NCBI GenBank assembly: GCA_021787125.1
Contig: JAJYMI010000060.1
Location: 950-64,949, forward strand
Origin: Thermoplasmata archaeon
Lineage (GTDB): Archaea; Thermoplasmatota; Thermoplasmata; Thermoplasmatales; GCA-001856825
Reading direction: 5' to 3'
Length of the DNA: 64,000 bases
Shown: positions 37,836 through 47,208 of the stretch, one piece after another
How the letters are laid out: every line of letters begins with the position of its first letter
Numbering within the stretch: position 1 is the first letter of the stretch
The notes under the pieces: generated by a model
What the model was told of the DNA's origin: nothing
The model's input: the letters and a program-made list of their open reading frames with translations, nothing else
Database searches by the model: none
Translations under genes and position numbers: made by a program

Positions 37836-38822
37836 TCACAATACATACTCTCCTATCTTCTTGGGAAACAGCACTACTTGAGAAATGTCTTCTGAGCCTG
37901 TCAGGAATCTGACAAATCTCTCTATTCCAATCCCAAATCCTGCAGAAGATGGTATACCCCTCCTTGCTGCCTCCAGAAGAAGAGAATAGTCCTGTTCCCG
38001 CTGTCCCTTCCTGTGGATCCTGCTCACGATTCTTTCGTACTCATATTCTCTCTCTCCTCCGCTAATTGCCTCTCCGTAACCGTGCGGATAGACCAGGTCC
38101 ATATCCATCAATATCCCTGCCTCCTCATCCTTTTCTCTGTCGTAGAATTCTCTCTCTTCTAAGGGTATATCAATAATCCAGAAGGGTTCCTTCGCCTCAG
38201 AACTCATTACAGTTTCGAAACTCTTGCCATATTCACTTACAGCATCAAGGAACTTCATTCTCCGGAACGGTCTCTTGTATTTCCTCAGGTACGGGTTCAG
38301 TTTTTCAGAATCGATCGATCCCTTGACTCTCACTATGGCATCATCTATCATCCCTTCTGCGAGTGCCATTACGAAGTCTCTGCCCTTTCCCTTTACCTCA
38401 AGGTCCAACTGGGTGAACTCTGCGAGGTGTCTTCCAGTGTTCTTTCTCTCTATGGGTTCGATTCTAATGTTAGGCGAGAAGGAATAGATCCTGTCAAAGT
38501 GGACTAGGGCCAGCTGTTTGTGAAAGATCATCGACTTAGTCAGCCTGTACTTGTGGCCATAATAACTGAGAGTTGGATCGTCAACTGGATGGTTCAGGGG
38601 ATCAGAAATCGGTGAGATTATCACCGGATTGATTTCGAGAAAGCCTCTCCTGTCAAGATAACGCTTCATGCTTCCCCGTATCAGAGTGTTCACCTTTGTC
38701 CCCGTCAGAATTCTGTCCCTATCTCTTCCAAAGAAATCGGCAATCGGACTCACATCAGTCATGCGTCCACTATTTGACCTTAGCGGATTACCTTTTGTCA
38801 TATTTTTATGAACAAAATGCAT
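37836..38822 (-). CDS. Asparagine synthetase A-like protein (class II aaRS catalytic core without anticodon-binding domain)
   Basis: Class II motifs: FLEINPVIISP, IYSFSPNIRIE (motif 2-like), GFGIGIERFVRFL (motif 3). No OB-fold N-domain. The true start is probably ATG 38801 or 38762. Confidence 0.75.
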   Translation of the reverse strand: MHFVHKNMTKGNPLRSNSGRMTDVSPIADFFGRDRDRILTGTKVNTLIRGSMKRYLDRRGFLEINPVIISPISDPLNHPVDDPTLSYYGHKYRLTKSMIFHKQLALVHFDRIYSFSPNIRIEPIERKNTGRHLAEFTQLDLEVKGKGRDFVMALAEGMIDDAIVRVKGSIDSEKLNPYLRKYKRPFRRMKFLDAVSEYGKSFETVMSSEAKEPFWIIDIPLEEREFYDREKDEEAGILMDMDLVYPHGYGEAISGGEREYEYERIVSRIHRKGQREQDYSLLLEAARRGIPSSAGFGIGIERFVRFLTGSEDISQVVLFPKKIGEYVL

Positions 38823-38857
38823 AACAAAAGTTATATATTTTAATTATTACCAACATT

Positions 38858-39301
38858 ATGAAAGAATTTGACAAAATTGATAATCAAATTGTCGAATATC
38901 TTAGGGAGAATGGAAGAGACCGTGTCACGGAGATAGCCGATGAGCTTGATCTGAACCGAGTAACGGTTGCTCAGCGAATAGAAAAACTGGTAAGTTCGGG
39001 CGTTATCGAGAAGTTCACGGTCAAGCTGGACTATGAATCGATGGGATTGGACGTTCTTGCATACGTGTTCATATCTTTCAAGAAGACGGGCAAAACTACA
39101 CAAGAAGAGCTCGCGCACATAATATCAAAACTGGATGGCGTGGAAGAGGTACACATAATTGCGGGCGAATTTGATATAATAACAAAGGTTAGAGCAAAGA
39201 ACCTTAGAGAACTTGGGGAGAAAGTGGTGAACAAGATACGAGGATATCCGGGAGTGGAGACAACATTTTCTCACCTAGTCTTCCAGACGATAAAGGACTG
39301 A
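38858..39301 (+). CDS. Lrp/AsnC family transcriptional regulator
   Basis: 147 aa: HTH (IVEYLRENGRDRVTEIADELDLNRVTVAQRIEKL) plus a RAM/ACT-like C-domain. Confidence 0.9.
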   Translation: MKEFDKIDNQIVEYLRENGRDRVTEIADELDLNRVTVAQRIEKLVSSGVIEKFTVKLDYESMGLDVLAYVFISFKKTGKTTQEELAHIISKLDGVEEVHIIAGEFDIITKVRAKNLRELGEKVVNKIRGYPGVETTFSHLVFQTIKD

Positions 39302-39329
39302 ATTGGAGAGGAGATTTTTGCCTTGGGGT

Positions 39330-40421
39330 CTAAGTGGATGCTGACCTTGACACAAATTCCATCAGCGTCAGTGGAAAACGCAGCGGAAGAGAGTACAGCA
39401 TGTACAGCAGTGTCTTGGAGGGGTAGTCCACGTCTCCTATCTTGTTGATTCCTGAAAGACTGGAACTGACGATGGGTACCCACACTCCATAGTGCTTTTC
39501 GTACCTATCAAGGAGCTTCCGGATCTTATAGTCCCTCCTAACCTCAGCACCAAAAGAGCTGGACCAGTTTTTTTCGTATTCATTAAGGACATTGTCCCCT
39601 CTCTCTATCGCACTTGAAAGGGCATCTCCAGACTTGATGGCAGCATAGAGTCCGCCACCGGTAGTAGCCTTGCTCAGGCCGGCAGCATCACCGATCAGAA
39701 ATGCGTTTCCTCTTCCAAGCTCTGTTGGCCCGATTGGAATGAGTCCTCCCCTCCTTCGCACAACGGTATCATTTCCTACCATGCCTTTGACTACAGCTTC
39801 GCTGTTCACTCCTGAAGCACCAATCTCGACTTCTTTCCCGCTCGGTATTTCCCAAGAGAAAAAGTCCGGTGTCTTTCTCCGATCGAGGCTTATCTTCACT
39901 CTATCCGATCTTCTGGATAAATCGAACTGGAGGGAACTGAGCAGTTTGGGAGCTCTTATGCCAAGGCTTCTCCTTACAGAACTAGCGGGTCCATCGGCTC
40001 CGATGACGTATTTAGCCTCCACTCTTTCAAAGCCCCTCTTGGATTTGATCGTCGCCAAAATACCATTATCTCGTTCGTGGAGTTCGGTCAGCATGGTCAT
40101 GAGCGACAAATCGGCGCCTTCCGACATTGCTATGTCTGCAAGTTTCTGGTCCAGGGACACTCTATCTACGACTCTCATTCGTTGGGAGTTCAAGGAAAAA
40201 GATCCGAGTGGGGTGGATATCTCAGCCGCTGATGGTCTATCAATAACCAAATCCTCTCCGACTATGTCGACCACTCTCTTGTCAACGAGTCCAGAACAGT
40301 GGTTGGGGACTCCCACTCTCTCTTTAAGGTCGACCATTTTTACCCTGAATCCCCTCCTGGAGAGTTGACAGGAAACGTTGGATCCTGCAGGTCCAGCGCC
40401 TATCACGAGAACATCGTACAC
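39330..40421 (-). CDS. Geranylgeranyl reductase family flavoprotein (digeranylgeranylglycerophospholipid reductase-like)
   Basis: MYDVLVIGAGPAGS FAD motif, GDAAG motif, about 360 aa. Confidence 0.85.
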   Translation of the reverse strand: MYDVLVIGAGPAGSNVSCQLSRRGFRVKMVDLKERVGVPNHCSGLVDKRVVDIVGEDLVIDRPSAAEISTPLGSFSLNSQRMRVVDRVSLDQKLADIAMSEGADLSLMTMLTELHERDNGILATIKSKRGFERVEAKYVIGADGPASSVRRSLGIRAPKLLSSLQFDLSRRSDRVKISLDRRKTPDFFSWEIPSGKEVEIGASGVNSEAVVKGMVGNDTVVRRRGGLIPIGPTELGRGNAFLIGDAAGLSKATTGGGLYAAIKSGDALSSAIERGDNVLNEYEKNWSSSFGAEVRRDYKIRKLLDRYEKHYGVWVPIVSSSLSGINKIGDVDYPSKTLLYMLYSLPLRFPLTLMEFVSRSAST

Positions 40422-40475
40422 CGAGTCTTATTAAAACTTAAGTATTAAAATTAAATGGACGGGAAAGGTGCAATA

Positions 40476-40931
40476 ATGGCGAGGATGCATACTAGGAAGA
40501 GAGGAAGATCGGGGTCAAAACGTCCAGTCAGAGAAGGAAAGCCTGCTTGGGTTACTATTAGCAACGACGAACTGGACCAACTCATAGTCAAACTAAAGAA
40601 GGAGGGTCTCACTAAATCAAAACTGGGTATGGTGCTGAGGGACCAGTATGGCATCCCAAAAGTGAAGGAAATCAGAGGAAACAGGATTTCCAAGATCCTT
40701 GAAGCAAATGGCGTAAAGGATCAGGTGCCCGAAGATCTTGCAGCGTTAATATCAAAGGCCGTTAACCTGAACAAGCATCTTGGTGTCAACCCCAAGGACC
40801 TGAAGAACAGGAGAGGACTGGAACTGGTCGAGGCAAAAATCAAGAGGCTTAGCGACTATTACAAGAGAAAGAGTAAACTCCCTGCAGTGTGGACTTACTC
40901 TAGGGCCGCGGCAGAATCAAGCATCAAATGA
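40476..40931 (+). CDS. rps15: 30S ribosomal protein uS15 (S15P/S13e)
   Basis: MARMHTRKRGRSGSKRP is the archaeal S15 N-terminus. GGTG lies 6 nt upstream of ATG 40476. Confidence 0.9.
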   Translation: MARMHTRKRGRSGSKRPVREGKPAWVTISNDELDQLIVKLKKEGLTKSKLGMVLRDQYGIPKVKEIRGNRISKILEANGVKDQVPEDLAALISKAVNLNKHLGVNPKDLKNRRGLELVEAKIKRLSDYYKRKSKLPAVWTYSRAAAESSIK

Positions 40932-42244
40932 TCTCGCTCAACGAGAAGTATTCATCTAAGTTTGAGGAAGCCAGGAAGCTACTGGAGAAAGAGGTTTTTT
41001 TCAGGATATTTAGCCACTATGATGCAGACGGAGTTTCGTCTGCCCTTATTTTGGCAGAGACGCTCAGAAGACTGAACAAGGGGTTTCATCTCTCTTTTCT
41101 CAAGTCAATGGACGTCGAGGTGATCAAAGAGACCGGGGGCTATCCAATAATACTAAGCGATCTTGGCTCTGATCTGAACGATAATCTAGGATCGAGTCCA
41201 GTAGTGATAGTCGATCACCACATGATTTCAGGTCCTAGCAACGCTAGAGCAATAAATCTGAACCCCAGGGAATATGGCTATGATGGGACGAAAGAGGCGT
41301 GCTCTAGCACCGTTGCATTTCTTCTGTCAATGGCAGTGGATGGATCCAATCAAGACCTTTTCCCTGCGTTCATTGCTGGTGTGATAGGAGACAAACAGAA
41401 CGTAGGCGGTTTCAACGGAATAAACGGAAAAATTGTGGACGAACTAAGGGGCAGGTACCAGTTCTCGAAGGACCTGAACCTCTCTGGAAAATCAATATCT
41501 GAAGCGATCTACCTTTCTATAGAACCCTACTTCGAGGGACTGAGTGGAAATCTGGAAGCATCACGTTACTTTCTCGAGAAAGAGGGAATAGACCCAGATG
41601 CATCCGTTTCCAGTCTGAGAACGGATGAGAAGGAGAAGATAGTAGATCTGCTGACTGTTTACCTTATCAGACAGAACGCAGCAAGAGAGGGGTACGAGAC
41701 CCTGGTCTCAGACGTTTTCAATTTCAAGAGTATCGGTCTCACCGGAAATCAACTCAGCGATTATTTCGACGCTGCTGGAAGAAACGGAAAGATGGGTCTT
41801 CCCACGTCATGGTTCATGGGAAACGAAGAGGCTCTGGATGAGATGGACAGCCTTTCCACAAGGCTTAGGAAGGAGGCACTGGAACAGATAAGGAAGTCGT
41901 ACGATTCCAGGAAGGAAATGAGGTCATTCCATCTGACCTACGTAGAGAACCCATATCTCGCCGGTGTGACTGCAGGCATAATGATGCTATATCTGGTCAA
42001 GAACGATAAGCCCGTCGTTGCTCTATCCAGGAACAAGGGTACCAAGATTTCCGGAAGAGCAACGAGGGAACTTGTCTCAGGCGGAGTAGATCTTTCAAGA
42101 GCGATAGGAGATGCTGCATCCAAGGTCGGAGGACACGGCGGTGGACACAACATCGCAGCCGGCGGAGAGATCCCCTTCGACAGAGAGGAAGAGTTTCTAG
42201 AGTACCTGGATAAAGGATTGGGCGACCAGATTGGAAGTTCCTAA
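40928..42244 (+). CDS. RecJ-like DHH/DHHA1 phosphoesterase (archaeal RecJ/GAN family)
   Basis: DHH motifs are intact (HYDADG, SDLG, VDHH, GGHGGGH). ATGA overlap with rps15. Confidence 0.8.
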   Translation: MISLNEKYSSKFEEARKLLEKEVFFRIFSHYDADGVSSALILAETLRRLNKGFHLSFLKSMDVEVIKETGGYPIILSDLGSDLNDNLGSSPVVIVDHHMISGPSNARAINLNPREYGYDGTKEACSSTVAFLLSMAVDGSNQDLFPAFIAGVIGDKQNVGGFNGINGKIVDELRGRYQFSKDLNLSGKSISEAIYLSIEPYFEGLSGNLEASRYFLEKEGIDPDASVSSLRTDEKEKIVDLLTVYLIRQNAAREGYETLVSDVFNFKSIGLTGNQLSDYFDAAGRNGKMGLPTSWFMGNEEALDEMDSLSTRLRKEALEQIRKSYDSRKEMRSFHLTYVENPYLAGVTAGIMMLYLVKNDKPVVALSRNKGTKISGRATRELVSGGVDLSRAIGDAASKVGGHGGGHNIAAGGEIPFDREEEFLEYLDKGLGDQIGSS

Positions 42245-42968
42245 GGGTCACCCAAGATATGAGAGCCTGAAGAAGAGGGAAGCTCTCCTCGATTTTTATG
42301 AGAGAGGGATAGTCACAGTTTCTGGTCTGATATCCCAGGGGAGGGGAGAGGCATTCGACTACCTGATCGGAGAGAAGAGTCAGGATTTTGCGCTCGACGC
42401 CGAGAAGGCTGCAGTAGCTAGAATGGCTCAGTCCAAGAGGCCTGTTATATCAGTGAATGGGAACGTCGCTGCTCTCGCAGGGCCAGAGGTTGTGAAATTT
42501 GCCAAGAGGTACAATCTGACCGTCGAAGCCAACATATTCTACTGGTCTAAGGAGAGGATCGAAAGAATCGTCGATCACTTCAGGGGACTCGGAATGGACG
42601 TTTTGGGACTTAACCAGGACGCAAGGATCCCCGGACTTGAAAGCGATAGGGGAAGGTGTGAGAGGGAAGGCATATTCTCTGCAGACACTGTCTTAGTACC
42701 CCTAGAGGACGGAGACAGGGCAGAGGCACTAAAGAGGATGGGGAAATTTGTCATAACGATCGATCTCAATCCGCTCTCCAGAACTTCAAGGTTCGGCGAC
42801 ATAACTATAGTGGACGAAGTTCAGAGAGCCTTCGCGAATTTCGCCAACTTTGATGAAGGTGACTGTGCAAGATTACTCAAATCATTCGACAATTCCAGTA
42901 ACGTCAGAAGGTCCATAGCGCGCATAAGTGAGAGGCTCTCTTCAATGAAAGAGTGGCCCGAGCTATGA
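42231..42968 (+). CDS. 4-phosphopantoate--beta-alanine ligase (archaeal phosphopantothenate synthetase)
   Basis: GRGEAFDYLIGE motif characteristic of COG1701. TTG start overlapping the RecJ-like gene end. Confidence 0.75.
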   Translation: MEVPKGHPRYESLKKREALLDFYERGIVTVSGLISQGRGEAFDYLIGEKSQDFALDAEKAAVARMAQSKRPVISVNGNVAALAGPEVVKFAKRYNLTVEANIFYWSKERIERIVDHFRGLGMDVLGLNQDARIPGLESDRGRCEREGIFSADTVLVPLEDGDRAEALKRMGKFVITIDLNPLSRTSRFGDITIVDEVQRAFANFANFDEGDCARLLKSFDNSSNVRRSIARISERLSSMKEWPEL

Positions 42969-43382
42969 CCTTGTCTTCAGCATCTTGATTATCTTTCGCG
43001 TTCCATTGAATTCGGTCTCAGAGTATTGTGATATTCTAACAACCTTGAGATCGATTCCTCTTTTCTTCCCTTCCCTCATTATCTCATCTGCGTCAAATTC
43101 CTGGTCATAACCAAGTACAACTATGTCCGGTTTGACTTCCGTCAGGATGTCGTATATGTTTCCCTCGACCCCCAGGATTGCTCTATCGACTGGTTTGAGA
43201 GAACCGACCATAGCGACCCGTATGTTTTCGGGTATGAAGGGTAACCGCTTCATTTTCTGTGCGACTGAGTCCCTCGCAACTACCACAACCAGCTCATCTC
43301 CGAGCTTCCTCGCTTCTGTCAGGAAGTGCACGTGTCCAGGATGAAGTATGTCAAAAACTCCGGTTGCAAGAACTCTTACCAT
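42963..43382 (-). CDS. ribL: FAD synthase RibL-like cytidylyltransferase-fold protein
   Basis: 139 aa. VLATGVFDILHPGHVHFL nucleotidyltransferase motif. Confidence 0.75.
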   Translation of the reverse strand: MVRVLATGVFDILHPGHVHFLTEARKLGDELVVVVARDSVAQKMKRLPFIPENIRVAMVGSLKPVDRAILGVEGNIYDILTEVKPDIVVLGYDQEFDADEIMREGKKRGIDLKVVRISQYSETEFNGTRKIIKMLKTRS

Positions 43383-43416
43383 TCTGTACGAAATTCAACT
43401 TGAATAGATAACCATT

Positions 43417-43890
43417 TCAGTGGAGAATCTTTTCAAAACGTATCGCGTTTTTTGATCCATCATATGGCACGTGATAGTAGTCAGGGACCACTTCTTTGAT
43501 CGAATAACCGCTATGCTCATACAGTTTCAGTGCCGAAACGTTCTTCTCAAAGGTCTCTAGTACGATCTTCGTGCAGTTCTTTTCTTTGGAAATCTTCTCC
43601 ACCTCTTCTATGAGTATTCGTCCTATTCCAGAACCCTGATAGTCCGGATCGACAGCGATACTCTCCAGATGAGAAATCCTAGAATTCTTCCTGAAGAAGA
43701 CGGTCGCATATCCAACAACCCTGCCATTGATCGTGGTGACAGCGGTGATTGAATTGGCTATCCCCAGCATGTACCTTAGGGCAGGATAGTCATAGGCGTG
43801 GTCTCCGAAGGCCCTATTTTCGATGCTCGTTATTTCTTCAATGTCTTTGATAGAACCCCTTCTCACTTTTGGTTCAGAAATCTTCATCAT
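43417..43890 (-). CDS. GNAT family N-acetyltransferase (RimI-like)
   Basis: Acetyl-CoA motif QGSGIGRIL. Start placed at the MMKISEP methionines; the track ORF extends to 43944. Confidence 0.75.
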   Translation of the reverse strand: MMKISEPKVRRGSIKDIEEITSIENRAFGDHAYDYPALRYMLGIANSITAVTTINGRVVGYATVFFRKNSRISHLESIAVDPDYQGSGIGRILIEEVEKISKEKNCTKIVLETFEKNVSALKLYEHSGYSIKEVVPDYYHVPYDGSKNAIRFEKILH

Positions 43891-44084
43891 CCTCGTCGTC
43901 TTCGTCGTTATCGTCTGGTCTTCTCTTGATGTACGTAGGCACACCTCCTCGTTTGGGGGATGGAAACCGATTTATAAAAATATTTCTCATTTTTAGCAGT
44001 GAATTAAAGCCGGTCTCTTCACCAATAATTCAGCCGGAGTCAGGACCCAAAAAAGAATTAATAGTCCGGGAAATTAGATAATTC

Positions 44085-45230
44085 ATGGCCGAAGACACGG
44101 TTACCTGTCCCAAGTGTGGCGCAGAAATCCCCGTAACGACTGCACTGAGGGAATCTATAGAGTCAAAGGCAAGAGAACTCTATGACAAGAGATCGAGAGC
44201 AGAACTGGAGAAGAGGATCGAAGCCGAACGAGAGAAGCTGAAGGAGAAGATCAACGAAGAGTTCAACACTAGATATCAAGAGCTGGAAGACAAGATTTCG
44301 ATCAAGGAAAAGTACCTTCAGGAAGCAAGGAAAATGGAGAGTGATGAGAGGAAGAGAAGGATCGAAATGGAGGAAGTGGTGAGGGACCAGAGACTGGCTT
44401 CCGAAAGGCAAATGGAGGAAGAGAAGAAAAAAATCCAGGAGAAGCTGAGTAAAGATTTCGACGAACAGTACAACCTCGAGAGAAGGGAAAACCAGGAGAA
44501 GATAGACGGCCTTGTGAAAAAGGTCAAGGAGTTGAATCAGAAACTTGAACAGGGATCGCAACAGATTCAGGGAGAGGTACTGGAGGAGGAGCTTGAGGAC
44601 CGAGTAAGAAGTGCGTTCTCTCTGGACTCCATATTCCCCATCCCACAGGGGACAAAGGGACCGGATCTGATTCAAACCATCAGGACACCGAGCGGGATAG
44701 AATCAGGCAGGATTGCATGGGAGGCAAAGAGGACGAAGGACTGGAACGATGAGTGGATAGGGAAACTGAAAGAGGACCTGGTGAAGCACAGTGCAGAAGT
44801 GGGTATAATCGTAACGAAATCTCTGCCCAGAGACATTTCAGCATTCGGCATGAAGAACGGAATCCTGGTCACAAACTTTGACAATGCAATACCGCTTGCG
44901 ATAATTGCCAGGACGAATCTGATTGAGCTCGCTCGTCAGAAGAGACTGGGGGAGAGTGGTAACGAAACCAGAGACATTCTCTACAGGTATCTCACCAGCA
45001 CTCAGTTCAGGCAGAGGGTAGAGGCCATTGCTGATGGGATAGTGAAGATGAAGGGCGATATAGATTCTGAGAGGAGATCGATGGAGAGACAGTGGGCAAA
45101 GAGATCAAAGGAGATTGAAAGAGCCATGAGCAACTTTTCAGGCATGTTTGGGGATCTCCAGGGAATTATTGGCACAAGTCTACCGGATGTGAGGTTCCTC
45201 AGCCTTTCGGAAGATAATAGGGACGAATAG
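44085..45230 (+). CDS. Zinc-ribbon / long coiled-coil / PD-(D/E)xK-like protein (DUF2130-like, RmuC-like architecture)
   Basis: N-terminal CPKCGAEIP, about 150 aa of E/K-rich coiled coil, C-terminal GPD...WEAKRTK nuclease-like motif. Confidence 0.7.
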   Translation: MAEDTVTCPKCGAEIPVTTALRESIESKARELYDKRSRAELEKRIEAEREKLKEKINEEFNTRYQELEDKISIKEKYLQEARKMESDERKRRIEMEEVVRDQRLASERQMEEEKKKIQEKLSKDFDEQYNLERRENQEKIDGLVKKVKELNQKLEQGSQQIQGEVLEEELEDRVRSAFSLDSIFPIPQGTKGPDLIQTIRTPSGIESGRIAWEAKRTKDWNDEWIGKLKEDLVKHSAEVGIIVTKSLPRDISAFGMKNGILVTNFDNAIPLAIIARTNLIELARQKRLGESGNETRDILYRYLTSTQFRQRVEAIADGIVKMKGDIDSERRSMERQWAKRSKEIERAMSNFSGMFGDLQGIIGTSLPDVRFLSLSEDNRDE

Positions 45231-45294
45231 AGGAAAGTTCTCTCTGGCTCAACTCATTTGCAGCGGGTCGCTCAATCTCCAGAGTCAGGTCTTC

Positions 45295-45873
45295 TCACTT
45301 GTAGGAAAGACCCATCAGGAAGGCACCGTACCCTACTCCCCAAAGCAGGAATGGATAGACTATCATTCTCTCCCATCCTCCAACTCCTAGGGCAGGACTA
45401 CCGCCTACCATAAACTCGAATATTGCCAGGTATGACAGTACCCCCAGAGCTACTGAGATGTACCTGAAGGGTGAAGTCTGGTACCTGTAAGCGTATATGG
45501 CTGTCAGCGGTCCTAGGATGAAAGTGAAATCGGACACATAACCGTGAATGGCGCCGAAATTCTCGTTGAAAATTCCCACAAGAAGCGCACCAAGGCCCGT
45601 CAGTCCCATGAGTATTGGGAACACTTTGGCGTCGAAACCCCGGTAAAGGAAATAGGCAGATGCTATGACTGCAAGTCCTAGCAGAGAGATTGAGGTATCG
45701 AACAGAAGACCTGTCGATCCCACGCCCAGGTCACTTATGTAATTGTTTGCAATGCTGTAGGTGGGCCTATACAGAGCTTCGGTAACGAACATCATGATGA
45801 CGAACTGAACAGAGAAGACAAAAAGGAGAACGCCTGCGGTGTTCAAACTCTTCCTCGATGCAACCTTTTCCAT
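45295..45873 (-). CDS. Polytopic membrane protein (DUF998-like)
   Basis: 192 aa, about 6 TM segments, ISDLGV motif. Confidence 0.6.
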   Translation of the reverse strand: MEKVASRKSLNTAGVLLFVFSVQFVIMMFVTEALYRPTYSIANNYISDLGVGSTGLLFDTSISLLGLAVIASAYFLYRGFDAKVFPILMGLTGLGALLVGIFNENFGAIHGYVSDFTFILGPLTAIYAYRYQTSPFRYISVALGVLSYLAIFEFMVGGSPALGVGGWERMIVYPFLLWGVGYGAFLMGLSYK

Positions 45874-45953
45874 GATAGCGTATATTCTTATCCCCTAATA
45901 AAAGTACTGGAAGCAGAGGAATAATGATTTATTGACAGAATACCTACTCTCTC

Positions 45954-46661
45954 GTGCTCAGAAAAAATTTCAAGTCCTCGTATGGAACCATATCATATCT
46001 CGTTCGAGAGGGTACCGTCCCAGTCGTCTTCCTTCACGGTCTAGGAGGCACCGGAAACTCCTGGATAAAGATCGACCAATTCATGGATGGCAACCTCGGT
46101 TTGTATTTCCTGGATATGCTTGGACACGGAAGATCTGACAAACCGGATTTGGAATACACGATCTCAATTCAGGAAGACATAATCGCTGAGTTTGTAGAGC
46201 ATCAGGGTCTTGATAGAATATCATTAATGGGAAACTCCTACGGAGGGTGGGTGGCCGCTCGTTTCTCGATCGATAGGAGGGAGCCCGTCCATCTAGTTCT
46301 TGAGGACAGTGCAGGCGTGAATAGGACATTTGGAGAACTGGGAGACGAGCACAGGAATCAGTTTGTGAAAATGGTCCTGAGAAGCAACTCACTGAACACG
46401 GAGGCGGTCATTGGAAACATAGTGAAGAACAATGCGGATCCTATGTGGAAGCTCAAGGATGAGGAACTGAGAAAACTCACTGCCAAAACCCTGATCATAT
46501 GGGGGAAGGAAGACGGTCTGATCTCAATAGAGAATGGAAGGAGACTGAGAGATATCATTCCAGGAAGCAGAATGGAGGAGATAGAGCAGGCAGGTCACGT
46601 CCCTCACGTAGAGCAGCCCGAACGAATCGCTGCCATTCTGAACGAGTTTTTGAAATCGTGA
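45954..46661 (+). CDS. Alpha/beta hydrolase fold protein
   Basis: HGLGG oxyanion motif, GNSYGG nucleophile elbow, C-terminal GH. GTG start. Confidence 0.85.
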   Translation: MLRKNFKSSYGTISYLVREGTVPVVFLHGLGGTGNSWIKIDQFMDGNLGLYFLDMLGHGRSDKPDLEYTISIQEDIIAEFVEHQGLDRISLMGNSYGGWVAARFSIDRREPVHLVLEDSAGVNRTFGELGDEHRNQFVKMVLRSNSLNTEAVIGNIVKNNADPMWKLKDEELRKLTAKTLIIWGKEDGLISIENGRRLRDIIPGSRMEEIEQAGHVPHVEQPERIAAILNEFLKS

Positions 46662-46708
46662 TTTCTAGTTTTCCAGAAATCTTATATCCCAGATAACCAT
46701 TACTCATT

Positions 46709-47167
46709 ATGACGGATGACAAAGGGAAGAATGGAAGCAGCGACACGGAAAATATCTCAATAAAGGGAGTCCAGAAAAAACTCTATAACAGGGTGAAGGG
46801 ACTCGCAACTGACACGGGAAGGACGGTTGGGGAAATAACAAACGACGCGTTCAAAGTCTTGCTAGCTGCAGCCGGTGAAACCAAGAAAGTGGGAGAAGAA
46901 TTTATTCAGGCAGTGAGGGATTCCAAGTCCGCGAACGTTCAGGATCTAAAGTCCATTGAGATAACGGGACCGGAGCTGGTAAAGAATAACAAGAAGGTGT
47001 CGTTCAGGAACATAGAGAATTTGGTATTCAGAGACATGACGGAATCGGACTTTGATAGCTATATTGAATCCATTGTGAACGTAAAGAACCTCGAAGTTCC
47101 AAAGGGAGTATCGAAGTTCAAGGTCCTTGAAAAAGCGAAGTACGTGGACAACATAAAGTTCAGTTAA
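46709..47167 (+). CDS. Hypothetical protein with possible N-terminal ribbon-helix-helix
   Basis: 152 aa with coding-like composition. ISIKGVQKKLYNRVKGLATDTGRTVGEITNDAFKVLL resembles a strand-helix-helix unit. Confidence 0.5.
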   Translation: MTDDKGKNGSSDTENISIKGVQKKLYNRVKGLATDTGRTVGEITNDAFKVLLAAAGETKKVGEEFIQAVRDSKSANVQDLKSIEITGPELVKNNKKVSFRNIENLVFRDMTESDFDSYIESIVNVKNLEVPKGVSKFKVLEKAKYVDNIKFS

Positions 47168-47208
47168 AGTTAAGCAAAGTTAATGCCGTTTGTCTAAATA
47201 AACCAATA

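Noticed and set aside
39670-40368. 232-aa ORF on the + strand
   Set aside because: It is antisense to the geranylgeranyl reductase gene, which has clear FAD motifs. It is a Ser/Leu/Pro-rich shadow ORF.
44163-44675. 170-aa Leu/Phe-rich ORF on the - strand
   Set aside because: It is antisense to the E/K-rich coiled coil of the DUF2130-like gene and is a compositional artefact.
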